NCBI GenBank assembly: GCA_020346185.1
Contig: CP070775.1
Coordinates: 3,092,809-3,142,738 of the forward strand
Length of the DNA stretch: 49,930 nt
DNA from: Betaproteobacteria bacterium
GTDB taxonomy: Bacteria > Pseudomonadota > Gammaproteobacteria > Burkholderiales > Eutrophovitaceae
Reading direction: 5' to 3'
Position numbers and translations under genes: made by a program. The notes under the pieces were generated by a model. It worked only from the letters and a program-made list of their open reading frames with translations, was not told where the DNA came from and ran no database searches. Shown here in pieces: positions 9,215 to 17,962 of this stretch (position 1 is the first letter of the stretch; every line of letters begins with the position of its first letter).

Positions 9215-11560
9215 CTATCGGGGGATCAAGGTCTGCCGCGTTTCAGCGGCTTCGACAATGTCGTCCCACTCCCAGAGTTGGGGAATGGTCTGAACATCGG
9301 CCCACATTCGCGCTTGATCGGCAAAATGCAAACTCCCGGGATGACCGGAGCTGCCTAGCGGAACGATCCAACGCGAGCGCCGCCAATCCGATGGATCGTG
9401 AATATAGCGATTGACAGACATCAGTGTCTGCACAAATCGATCGACCATCGAGTAGCCGCCTGCCTGTGGAGTATCGCCGTCGCCATCCGCCGGAATCTCC
9501 GGCGGATCGAGAAGATGCGCATGCTCCGGGAATATCCGGGACAGCGGGTGTCGCGGTCGGGTATGGTGAATCGCACCCCAGGTCCAGTCTTGCATGTCCC
9601 CGCCCAATCGATTCCGCAACTCGGAAACGGCGCTAGCAATCGCCCGTTCAATCAAGTCCGGCCAGTTTTGACCCGGATCGAGGCGGCCGCCATCGTTCGC
9701 CGCCATCGCGGCGACAGCCTCGGCATAAAGTTGATTGGCATGCGTTGCCGCGCCCCGTCCAATGCCGGTCGGCGCACCGAGGGCTTCCTCGGACATTGGT
9801 CCTAATTCCGCTTTGATGACCTCTTCATACAAGTAGCTGCGTGCCGTGCCATAGATCGCCGCGGCGGCAGACGTACGATCCATTCTGCCATTCCACTGCA
9901 GCAGGATGTCACACGCCCTCGCCAGTTGCGGTTCGGATGAGTCCAGCTCCTTCAGGCGGTCAATAAGCACGCGTGCCGGCAGCGACACCCGGTCCGCGTG
10001 GATGGCCGCCATATCTGAAACTGTTGCGCTCCCGGACAGGTTCTGAAGCCGCGCCGTAATCCGCCGGGCGCGGAAGTCCGGGGCGAAAAAGGTGTTGATG
10101 TAGTAGGGATAGTCAGCGCCCGTGGGAGCGTTGTTGCAGGTCACGACAAAACCGGCCTCGGGATTGCGTGCGTGTGGCAGTTCCTCGAAGGGGATCTGAC
10201 CATCCCATTCATGTTCACCGGTCCATCCCGGTACCGCAGACCATGCATTCGCCATTGTACGTAGCGGGATCCGCCCTCGGTAGCGATAACCGAACTCGCC
10301 GTGCACATCCGCGTAGACAAAATTGTTGACCGGCTCCGTCCACTCGCGCAACGATTCTTCCACTTCGTCGGCGGTTGTGGCGACAAGAAGCTCGTGAATG
10401 GTGTTGACCCAGGCAGTAGCGCTGTTCGTCCCGGTATGGGAAAAGGCAATGCCGTGGCCTGCCGCCGGATCGCCCGCGATGATCGGCCCGTGCCGGGTTC
10501 GCACCACCTTCAAGTGCTCCACTTCACCCTCGTGCACTTCCAGTTCTTCGTCAGACACCTCAGCGGGCAGCCACGTGTCCTGGTACGAATATTCAAGGCG
10601 ACAACTTTCAGTGCGAAAGCGCTCGACGTACAAATCCTGGTAGTCCGCAACACCGTGGGTCATGCCCCATGCCACGTATGCCGTGTGACTAAAATGCGGC
10701 GCACCCGGTAGACCGGGCAGCGCGTAACCACTGACCCGAAATGCCGGGCAGTTCATATGCACCTGGTAATAAACGTTGGGTGTATCCAGAGCGCGATGCG
10801 AGTCGCCGGCAAGCAGCGGCTTGCCTGATTCCGTTCTGGCACCGGAAAGCACCCACGCGTTACTGCCAAAATCCGTCTCGCTCAGCCAGTTGAATTCCGC
10901 TGCGGCCTTTGCCAACGCATCCAGGCAATCGAGGGGCGGGCCCCGGTACGTGTCTCCCGGAGGCACCGCAACCAGACCATCTTCCGGATAGCCGCGAAAC
11001 AGCGCTGCGGCGCGTTCAGGCCCCAGCGTCAGTGCGAGCCTGGCCCGCCACAGTTTCATCTCGTAGGTGCCCATGAACATGTTGCGGATTTTGTAGACGG
11101 CCAGGCAGTGCCATGACTCCCACGGCTGCGGTGTGGTCTCGAGGATTCGATACTCGATCGGCAGCGTCTGGGTCGTTGCAATGAATGCGTTCACACCCGC
11201 TGCGTAGGCATCCAGCATTGCCTGCGCGGCCGTGCTGGACACCGCGTAGTCCGCGCGCGCCGCCCGCGCAAGCGCGAACGGTCGCATCAACCGGTCTTCG
11301 CTCAGGCCCACCGTTCCCACCAACTTCGACCAACAGCCCAGTGCCCGCTGACGATCGCAATCCATTTGCCAAAGGCGGTCCTGAGCAGTCACGAAGCCTT
11401 GCGCAAAAAACACATCATGTTCCGTCGTTGCGCGAACGTGGGGAACACCCCAACGGTCCCGGATCACGTCCACGGGAGCCTCCAGACCCTCGACCGGCAC
11501 TGCCGACGTGACATCGGGAAGCGCAGCTTGAAGGTCAGCTAACGTGATCGAAGTAGGCAT
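9215..11560 (-). CDS. Penicillin acylase family (S45) Ntn hydrolase
   Basis: RDRWGVPH, AQDRLWQMD, GSNAW (catalytic Ser), HGPII, GSSGHPGS. Start set at MPTSITL because the longer ORF extension lacks family features. No signal peptide. Confidence 0.92.
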   Translation of the reverse strand: MPTSITLADLQAALPDVTSAVPVEGLEAPVDVIRDRWGVPHVRATTEHDVFFAQGFVTAQDRLWQMDCDRQRALGCWSKLVGTVGLSEDRLMRPFALARAARADYAVSSTAAQAMLDAYAAGVNAFIATTQTLPIEYRILETTPQPWESWHCLAVYKIRNMFMGTYEMKLWRARLALTLGPERAAALFRGYPEDGLVAVPPGDTYRGPPLDCLDALAKAAAEFNWLSETDFGSNAWVLSGARTESGKPLLAGDSHRALDTPNVYYQVHMNCPAFRVSGYALPGLPGAPHFSHTAYVAWGMTHGVADYQDLYVERFRTESCRLEYSYQDTWLPAEVSDEELEVHEGEVEHLKVVRTRHGPIIAGDPAAGHGIAFSHTGTNSATAWVNTIHELLVATTADEVEESLREWTEPVNNFVYADVHGEFGYRYRGRIPLRTMANAWSAVPGWTGEHEWDGQIPFEELPHARNPEAGFVVTCNNAPTGADYPYYINTFFAPDFRARRITARLQNLSGSATVSDMAAIHADRVSLPARVLIDRLKELDSSEPQLARACDILLQWNGRMDRTSAAAAIYGTARSYLYEEVIKAELGPMSEEALGAPTGIGRGAATHANQLYAEAVAAMAANDGGRLDPGQNWPDLIERAIASAVSELRNRLGGDMQDWTWGAIHHTRPRHPLSRIFPEHAHLLDPPEIPADGDGDTPQAGGYSMVDRFVQTLMSVNRYIHDPSDWRRSRWIVPLGSSGHPGSLHFADQARMWADVQTIPQLWEWDDIVEAAETRQTLIPR

Positions 11561-11936
11561 GCGGGCGCCGATATCGCAAGCATCAATGTTTTCATTTGTC
11601 GTTCTTAATGACCAAGTGATTTCCAAAGTTATGTTGTCACATGGAACACTGAGGTAGCCGAAGTATCGGACAACTTCCGTCCAGGACTGCGAGAGACGTT
11701 TGCCCGGCACGTTACCACTATTCATCGAGCATAGCAGAACGCAAACCACTTCCTTCGACGTTAACGGCTCGCGCCGGCACTGGCGCACTTGATGCCAAAG
11801 AAGAGCGCACGTTAGCACGCGATCCTCGTTTCGCATTCACGATGCTTGCATCTCCTCGCGCATAGCAGCTCAGCGCTCGACCTCCGGATTGTCTTTTCAT
11901 ACAAATATTTCCGGGCAAAAGCGGATTGTCGCGATC

Positions 11937-11990
11937 GGTCAAACAACCGGCGGCTCAGGTACAGCGCGCGACAAGCCACAAATCCATACT
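11937..11990 (+). promoter_or_regulatory. Putative promoter of the small-protein family
   Basis: ggtcaaacaaccggcg..ggtacagcg..catact, homologous to 516-568 (-). Confidence 0.6.
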
Positions 11991-12024
11991 TCAGCCATTG
12001 AGAGGACAACAACAGGAGAGGAAC

Positions 12025-12216
12025 ATGACTCGCAAAGTGGCTGAAGCCCGACCTCAAACGCCGACGACAATGGATGGAGACATGCCGGCAATCCGTTTGC
12101 CGACGCAAACATATCGTCAACGACAAGTCGATGAACTTTACGATCTATATGACCTGGTAATGATCGAACGTTTGCTTAAGGGCCACCCTAGCCTGGAAGA
12201 ACTCATTGGCTCTTGA
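12025..12216 (+). CDS. Small hypothetical protein (63 aa), paralog of 255-482
   Basis: RBS caggagaggaac-ATG; followed by a terminator; RQRQVDELYDLY...HPSLEEL motif. Confidence 0.75.
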   Translation: MTRKVAEARPQTPTTMDGDMPAIRLPTQTYRQRQVDELYDLYDLVMIERLLKGHPSLEELIGS

Positions 12217-12225
12217 GTGCGAGCG

Positions 12226-12265
12226 CCCCGGGCGGCTTCCCTCCTTGGTCGCCCGGGGATCTTTT
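12226..12265 (+). terminator. Intrinsic terminator with CU-rich (CCUCC) loop
   Basis: ccccgggcggc-ttccctccttg-gtcgcccgggg-atctttt. Confidence 0.8.
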
Positions 12266-12288
12266 CTGCTGCCCGCCCCGTCAAGTGC

Positions 12289-12556
12289 AGTCACTAGCAC
12301 GGCCTGCTCGTACAAAAAGACAAGAGCCTGACGCAATACTGCAAAGTGAACGTACAACTCGAGGCAGAAGATCGGTGCAACACAAGGTGCAAGACCAGAG
12401 CAGAAGTTCGCACTGGCAACCAGTGAGAACTTCCAGACTCAGGCAACAAACGCGTCACGTTTTTGAGCACTACGATGTATGTCACTTTTCCGTGATTCAA
12501 ACTCGCATTCATGCGTCATTTCTACCCGTAAAGACTCATTGACTCTCAAATATTTT
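12289..12556 (+). pseudogene. Degenerate tandem copy of the small-protein gene unit
   Basis: Remnant promoter (cggc..gctcgtaca..aatact); translation QTRHVFEHYDVCHFSVI aligns to RQRQVDELYDLYDLVMI; 3' end actcattgactct matches actcattggctct; no clean start and an apparent frameshift. Confidence 0.6.
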
Positions 12557-12600
12557 GCCCTGGGTGACCTTCCTCCCTGGGTCCCCCGGGGTTTCTTTTT
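12557..12600 (+). terminator. Second intrinsic terminator with CCUCC loop, homologous to 12226-12265
   Basis: gccctgggtgacc-ttcctccctg-ggtcccccggggt-ttcttttt. Confidence 0.75.
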
Positions 12601-12763
12601 GAGCATTACCATCGAGGGCAACGCAACTGCACGCAACTTGCCGACCAGCACGGCAGCCACAAATCGCGAAACGCGAATGATTATCCGGATACTCAGCGGG
12701 CTGGCCGCATCTGTTACTTACATTACTCCTTGCGCCGCACATGCAATTAAAAATGCATTGCAG

Positions 12764-12785
12764 GACGTCGCTATACAACGACGAG
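12764..12785 (+). promoter_or_regulatory. Candidate enhancer/operator box GACGTCGC-N8-GACGAG (copy 1)
   Basis: The same motif occurs at 29027-29048, 74 vs 75 nt before the sigma54 -24 GG; it contains CGTC-N10-GACG dyad symmetry. Confidence 0.6.
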
Positions 12786-12835
12786 TTCGTTTCATCGCAT
12801 GTCATTACGTTCCTGTTTACAAAATACAAACGATA

Positions 12836-12852
12836 GGGGCACATGACTTGCT
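12836..12852 (+). promoter_or_regulatory. Sigma54 (-24/-12) promoter
   Basis: GGGGCAC-ATGAC-TTGCT with GG-N10-GC spacing; position is conserved relative to the riboswitch. Confidence 0.7.
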
Positions 12853-12922
12853 GAAGGCAAGGGGACACACTTCATAACGTAAAGCTGCGATGTCTGCGAC
12901 GATTACGATGTGGTGTGTCGAC

Positions 12923-13012
12923 GCCTGAAAAGGGCAAGCCAGTTCAAAAGGCTGGCAGGTAAAGCCTCTTGCCTAAATTCCGAAAACGGACATGGCAGCG
13001 GGGCCGCCAGGC
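12923..13012 (+). ncRNA. Variant c-di-GMP-I (GEMM) riboswitch
   Basis: gcctg-aaaaGGGCAAGCC...AAAGCCTCTTGCCTAA...ATGGCAGCGGGGCCGC-caggc follows the GEMM-I layout, but the P2 loop is CAAAA and GACGCAAAG is replaced by CAGGTAAAG. Confidence 0.7.
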
Positions 13013-13212
13013 AAACTCATCGTGCGACACGCGACCAGGTGCCGCCACGGTGAGAACGGCGGGCCCATGGTCGGGAGACCTGGTCAGAGTTGCAGCTATC
13101 GCACGAGCAGCTGTTCGCCGTCGTACTGCCTTCGCCTTTGCACCTGGTTCATCGCCCTTTCTCAGGAACAATGAGTCTCACTCAAATAGCTCAAGAAGAG
13201 GAGAACCTGAAA

Positions 13213-13566
13213 ATGAAAAAACGCATCACTTGGATCGTTTCGTTGCTTGCCCTTGCAGCAGTCCACTCTGCAATTGCAGCGCCTCCACACGGAAAGGCAA
13301 ACATCCTGCACTGCGGCTGCGTTCTCGACGCAGCAAGTGGAGATCCGGCCATGGCGTTCGTCAACGTGAATACCAGCAGCAAGGCGAAAGGCCACGCCCG
13401 GCACGGCGAAAGCAGCATCGACTCGTGCTATGACGGCGTTGACAGCTTCGTTGACTTTCAGCGAACTGCCGACGATTGCCAGATCGATGGCGCAGAGCTC
13501 GCCGGTCTTGCCCAATGCTCTTCAGAGCAAGCCGGTAACCCCTGTGGAGAACAAGTACTCGAGTAA
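13213..13566 (+). CDS. Secreted Cys/His-rich hypothetical protein (117 aa)
   Basis: RBS gaggagaa; Sec signal MKKRITW...AIA; 6 Cys; ILHCGC...GHARHGE motif. Confidence 0.85.
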   Translation: MKKRITWIVSLLALAAVHSAIAAPPHGKANILHCGCVLDAASGDPAMAFVNVNTSSKAKGHARHGESSIDSCYDGVDSFVDFQRTADDCQIDGAELAGLAQCSSEQAGNPCGEQVLE

Positions 13567-13587
13567 CCATCGGTACGGGACAACCGA

Positions 13588-13618
13588 AAATCGGGCACCC
13601 CACAAGGTGCCCGATTTG
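13588..13618 (+). terminator. Intrinsic terminator
   Basis: aaatcgggcacc-ccacaa-ggtgcccgattt. Confidence 0.8.
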
Positions 13619-13786
13619 ATACCAGGTTGAAGAACACGCAATGGGGTCGATTCGTCATGACCTTTCCCAACCGGCTTGACGATGATTGTGCGCACAGTCC
13701 GGTTCACGCTTAACACCTCATAAGCGTTTTTTAATGGCCGGTAAGTCGGTATGCTTGGTGTTTTCCAGCATTTTGAAAGCGGAAAA

Positions 13787-14608
13787 ATGAGCACCGATTT
13801 TTCCTACGACCCGGTTACTGCCGTGGACGAGGTCACCGCCACCGGCGACACGGCTGAGATGTTCGCCGATATACGACAGGCTATGGGCATCCCGCTGATC
13901 ACATCGATCTGGCGTGGGCTCGCCGGTATGGGTGATAGCCTGCCCACGGTGTGGAGAGCAGCAAAACCGATTTACCTGAGTGGACACACCGAGCCGGCAC
14001 TTGCACGCATCGTCGAACGAGCATGTCTGCCGATACCGGAACCGCTGGCACCGTCGGAACTCACGCGCGCCGGCATTGGCCATGGCGGCCCAAACGCGAT
14101 TCGCACCATCATCGATGCCTACAATCGATCCAACGGCATGAATCTGGTAGCACTCGCAGGGTTGATTTCATCGGAGAAAGGCAAGCGAGGAGACGCCGGC
14201 AGGCGCACGATGCCATCATGGGGAGCGTTTCCAGCGCTCAAGTCGAAACAAGAACTCGACAACGACACGTGGCACCTGATTCGTCAGGTCAACGCATTCG
14301 GCGCACCGGGCATCGATGCCCATGTCGCCACCCTTTGGCGCCATCTTGGTCACTGGCCGAATCTGCTTTCGCTGATCTACGGCGCCTTCGCGCCGAAACA
14401 TGCCGACGGATCGATCAGCGCCGCAGCAAAACGGATGGTTGAGCTAACGCACCAGGAAGCGGTACATCTTGCGGCCTGGCGCCGCGAAGACGTTGAGCTT
14501 TCCGAACAGGCTCACAAAACCATTACCGACTATGTCAGCGAGCCGGCGCTGGTAGCGCGTATGGTCACGATCGGCCATGCGCTGGCGCGATGGCTGCCGC
14601 GCCAGTAG
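13787..14608 (+). CDS. Hypothetical helical protein, DehI/AhpD-like two-repeat fold
   Basis: E..ATG..A..FADIR..MGIP....IWR.LA in the N-half, echoed by VATLWRHLGHWP in the C-half; family assignment tentative. Confidence 0.6.
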   Translation: MSTDFSYDPVTAVDEVTATGDTAEMFADIRQAMGIPLITSIWRGLAGMGDSLPTVWRAAKPIYLSGHTEPALARIVERACLPIPEPLAPSELTRAGIGHGGPNAIRTIIDAYNRSNGMNLVALAGLISSEKGKRGDAGRRTMPSWGAFPALKSKQELDNDTWHLIRQVNAFGAPGIDAHVATLWRHLGHWPNLLSLIYGAFAPKHADGSISAAAKRMVELTHQEAVHLAAWRREDVELSEQAHKTITDYVSEPALVARMVTIGHALARWLPRQ

Positions 14609-14703
14609 GAGTTCTTGGTTACCTCAACCGATTGCAGCTGAACGCCGGTGCGCACCGAGGCTAATGACTCCATCTCTTACACTCAGCCTGCACCAACTGG
14701 TCA

Positions 14704-15666
14704 CTAACTGACTTCGTTACGCACCAGCGCCGCTCGCACAAAATCCCGCTCCGTCACGATGCCAACGAGCAGTCCTTCGCGTACGACCAACATGCACCCC
14801 GTGTCCGCAGCGAGCATCTGTTTCATTGCTTGCTTCACGTCGAGATCCGGCGCAGCAGTAGCGAACGAAGTGATCATGATGTCGCGCACTGCGAGAGGCC
14901 CTTCGCTGCGTCGCCCGTGCTAGTGGAGTACTTCCCTTGCAGTTAGAAGACCGACCACTTTGCCCTGCATATCTTCGACCGGGACGTGACGGATGTGCTG
15001 CCACGTGTGCACAGGCTCATTGAGCTGTTGTTTTTCCAGCATCATGCGTACTGCTGCCGAACAATGTTCGACGCGCTCATCTTCCGAAACCATCGCAAGG
15101 TTTTGCAGCAACCAACGTGCGCCTGTCCGGTCAGACTGCACGCGTTGTTCGATAACCCCAATGTACCGCTCCACGTCTTTGCCGGCAACGCCGAGCTGGA
15201 CCAGACCTTCCCTTGCTGCCGGGATCAGCTCCTGCATCAGCAAATCGCGAGCGACGACGTGGCGTCCGTCCAACCACTGAAATCGCCCGTGCAAGCCGCG
15301 CCTTGCAGCCGAGAGCAGGTTGTTCTTTGCGTCCGTGAAGAACACTCTTTCACTGACATCGCCATATTGATCGTCGAGGCGAACCATCAACCCGTAGAAC
15401 AACGCCGCGTTGGCGACTTCGTCTAGCACGGTCGGGCCACCAGGCAAGACGCGGTTCTCAATGCGAAGGTGAGGTTTACCATCGGTAACCCAATAGCAGG
15501 TTCGATTCCATCTCCAAACCGTTCCGTTGTGAAGAGCGAGCGCCGCCAGTTCGGGTACTTCACCGCGCTCGATCATCAACTCGAGCGCTTCGATATCACT
15601 GAGGATGACCTGGGCGAACCCCCGTGCTTCTATCGCATTTGCCCTCATTACACGATGTCTGCCCAA
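14704..15666 (-). pseudogene. Remnant of a glutamate--cysteine-ligase-family/CBS-domain fusion gene
   Basis: LHNGTVWRWNR..KPHLRIENRVLPGGPT motif; N-terminus missing; in-frame TAG at 14920-14922 separates the CBS part (VGIVTERDFV); apparent internal deletion after PVHTW. Confidence 0.75.
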
Positions 15667-15832
15667 AGTAGAACCAGCGATTAGCGATTGAGAGATCTCG
15701 ACTGAATCAGAACCAATTATGCGTCAGATAGCACATCTTGCACCTGCCCGAACATGGGCATTTGCGACTCGGCCACGTTGGCACGGACCACTGTCACTAT
15801 AATTTCGACTGGCCATCCGAAGGATCGTTTCA

Positions 15833-17368
15833 ATGACCCGCGTGGCAATTGCAGCAAGCTCCGAGATTTCCGCCCAGGCTGGAGCGGAACTCGCCGACGC
15901 GGGGGGAAACGCCGTCGACGCAGTACTCGGTGCCGCACTCGTTTCGATGTGTACAGACATCGGTATCGTCAGCCCGGCAGGCGGAGCGCTGATCGCAATC
16001 TGGCCACCGACCGGCGACCCAGTCGTCATCGATGGTTGCCCGGAGATGCCGGGCCGCGGCGAGGACCCCGAACGATTCGGCGATGCTTCCTGGGAGGTTG
16101 TCTTCGACTATGGCGGTAAGGCTCGCCAGCGTGTTGGCTTCGGTTCGGTTGCAACGCCTGGCGCCTTCGCGGCAATGGGCGTCGCGTCCGAACAATTCGG
16201 CAGTTTGCCATGGTCACACGTGCTGCAGCCGGCTATTCGCTGGGCTGAACGGGGGTTCCCTTTGCGCGGCGGTGCCGCCGAGTATCTGAGTTACACGCAT
16301 GAGGCCATCTTCAGTTGGTCGCCAGACAGTTATCGCCTGTTGCACCACAGCGATGGCCGCCCACTCGCAGAAGGCGACAAGGTCTTGATCCCCGAACTGG
16401 CCGACAGTCTCATGCAAATCGCGTCGGATGGCGTCGACGCGTTCTACAGCGGAGAGCTTGGTCAGCGTATTGCCGCCGGCATCCAGGCTGAAGGCGGCCT
16501 GCTCAATCAGGCGGACCTGGATGCGTATCGCGCCGCACTGCATGAGCCGATCACACTCGATTTGGACGACTGGCGCATCGCAACCTGTCCGCCACCTTCT
16601 ATCGGCGGTCCGTGTCTGGCAGCGATGCTCCTCCTCCTAAGAAAATGCCCCGAGCATGAACTCAATACAGCCGCGATTCACTGGCTCGTCCACACTCAAC
16701 AAGCAGTTTTGAATTACCGTGCACAGAAACTCGACGCCGCCGGCGATGAATTGGCGGACGAAGTCGAACGTCTGCTGCAGATCGCCAAACTAGGTGAGTC
16801 ATCCAAATTGTTGTCGGCCCCGTCGACAATTCACGTCTCAGCTGTCGACAGCAACGGACGGGCGTGCTCGCTGACGGCCTCGGCCGGTTACGGCTCGGGT
16901 GCAATGGTCCCGGGCACCGGGATCTGGCTCAACAACTCGCTGGGTGAAGTCGACTTGCACCCAAAGGGGCTCAGCGGCATCGCGGCGGGGACGCGACTGC
17001 TATCAAACATGGCACCTACGGTCGCGCGCAGCAAGGACGGGACCTTGATTGCGATTGGCTCACCCGGCGCCTCCCGCATCACGACCGCCCTTGCTCAATC
17101 TATTTGGCATCACGTCCACTTCGGCAATTCACTCCACGCCGCCATCGAGCATCCGCGCCTTCACGTAGAGATCGGCGCCGAAGAGCCGGCGATTTCATAC
17201 GAGCGCGGCTTGCCGGTCACGCCCGGTAATGGCTTCGAACTGCGCGAGTTCGATCGCCTGAGTATGTACTTCGGTGGCGTGCAGGCCGTGCGTTGGAGCC
17301 CGTCAGAAGCTTTCACCGCCGTCGCCGATAGCCGCCGATCGGGCCACGTGGCCTACGGCGGAGAATAG
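15833..17368 (+). CDS. Gamma-glutamyltransferase family protein
   Basis: GGNAVDA, VATPG, STIHVSAVD (nucleophile Thr), NNSLGE, SNMAPT, GSPG, ADSRRSG. Confidence 0.9.
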   Translation: MTRVAIAASSEISAQAGAELADAGGNAVDAVLGAALVSMCTDIGIVSPAGGALIAIWPPTGDPVVIDGCPEMPGRGEDPERFGDASWEVVFDYGGKARQRVGFGSVATPGAFAAMGVASEQFGSLPWSHVLQPAIRWAERGFPLRGGAAEYLSYTHEAIFSWSPDSYRLLHHSDGRPLAEGDKVLIPELADSLMQIASDGVDAFYSGELGQRIAAGIQAEGGLLNQADLDAYRAALHEPITLDLDDWRIATCPPPSIGGPCLAAMLLLLRKCPEHELNTAAIHWLVHTQQAVLNYRAQKLDAAGDELADEVERLLQIAKLGESSKLLSAPSTIHVSAVDSNGRACSLTASAGYGSGAMVPGTGIWLNNSLGEVDLHPKGLSGIAAGTRLLSNMAPTVARSKDGTLIAIGSPGASRITTALAQSIWHHVHFGNSLHAAIEHPRLHVEIGAEEPAISYERGLPVTPGNGFELREFDRLSMYFGGVQAVRWSPSEAFTAVADSRRSGHVAYGGE

Positions 17369-17411
17369 TCCTAACAGCTCCGCCGATTGTTCTTCGTTAG
17401 CGAATTCTCTT

Positions 17412-17927
17412 TCACTGCCGCGCCTCTCCTTTGATTTCTTCCATATACCTAGACATCTTTGCGGCATCGAAGTAAACGTGGTGGGAGGTGCGCTTGGCTT
17501 CGTCGTTGAAAGTCACAAAGGCCGCCATATCCATCTCGATAGTCTTGCCCAATGCACGATGGGTGGCCACCCAGGTGAACTGCAGCGCCATGCTGTCGCC
17601 CTGCACCACCCCGTTTTTGTAGACGACTTTTGCTTTCCATGTCTTCAGCACACTATTGAAGAATGCAGTGATCTCGTCGATTCCTCGTTGAGTTCCTGTG
17701 GGCGAAACGCGTACGGCGTCGTCCGCGTACATGCCAAGATACAGCGAGAGGTCACCGATCTCGTTGCCATGGTTGTAATAGTCTCTTTGCGTGAACAGAA
17801 GCTCTCGTGTCCGGTCTTCCCGCTCCCCGGCGGCACTGTTTTCAATGACCGCGATGTTGCAGACAATGGCAACAACAAGCGCGACAGCAAAACCTTGCGC
17901 GGAAGATGTACTGGGCCGGTAGCTCAT
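17412..17927 (-). CDS. NTF2/SnoaL-like protein with N-terminal signal or TM segment
   Basis: YADDAV..G..GIDEI..FF pattern; C-terminal HVYFD. Confidence 0.7.
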   Translation of the reverse strand: MSYRPSTSSAQGFAVALVVAIVCNIAVIENSAAGEREDRTRELLFTQRDYYNHGNEIGDLSLYLGMYADDAVRVSPTGTQRGIDEITAFFNSVLKTWKAKVVYKNGVVQGDSMALQFTWVATHRALGKTIEMDMAAFVTFNDEAKRTSHHVYFDAAKMSRYMEEIKGEARQ

Positions 17928-17962
17928 GCGTGCCTCCTCTAGGGACTATCTCTACAAATCGA

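Noticed and set aside
11780-11797. Sigma54 promoter TGGCGCACTTGATGC
   Set aside because: GG-N10-GC fits on either strand, but the -12 element is weak and there is no supporting context
11561-11836. 93-aa N-terminal extension of the penicillin acylase ORF
   Set aside because: Atypical composition and no family or signal-peptide features; the downstream ATG is preferred
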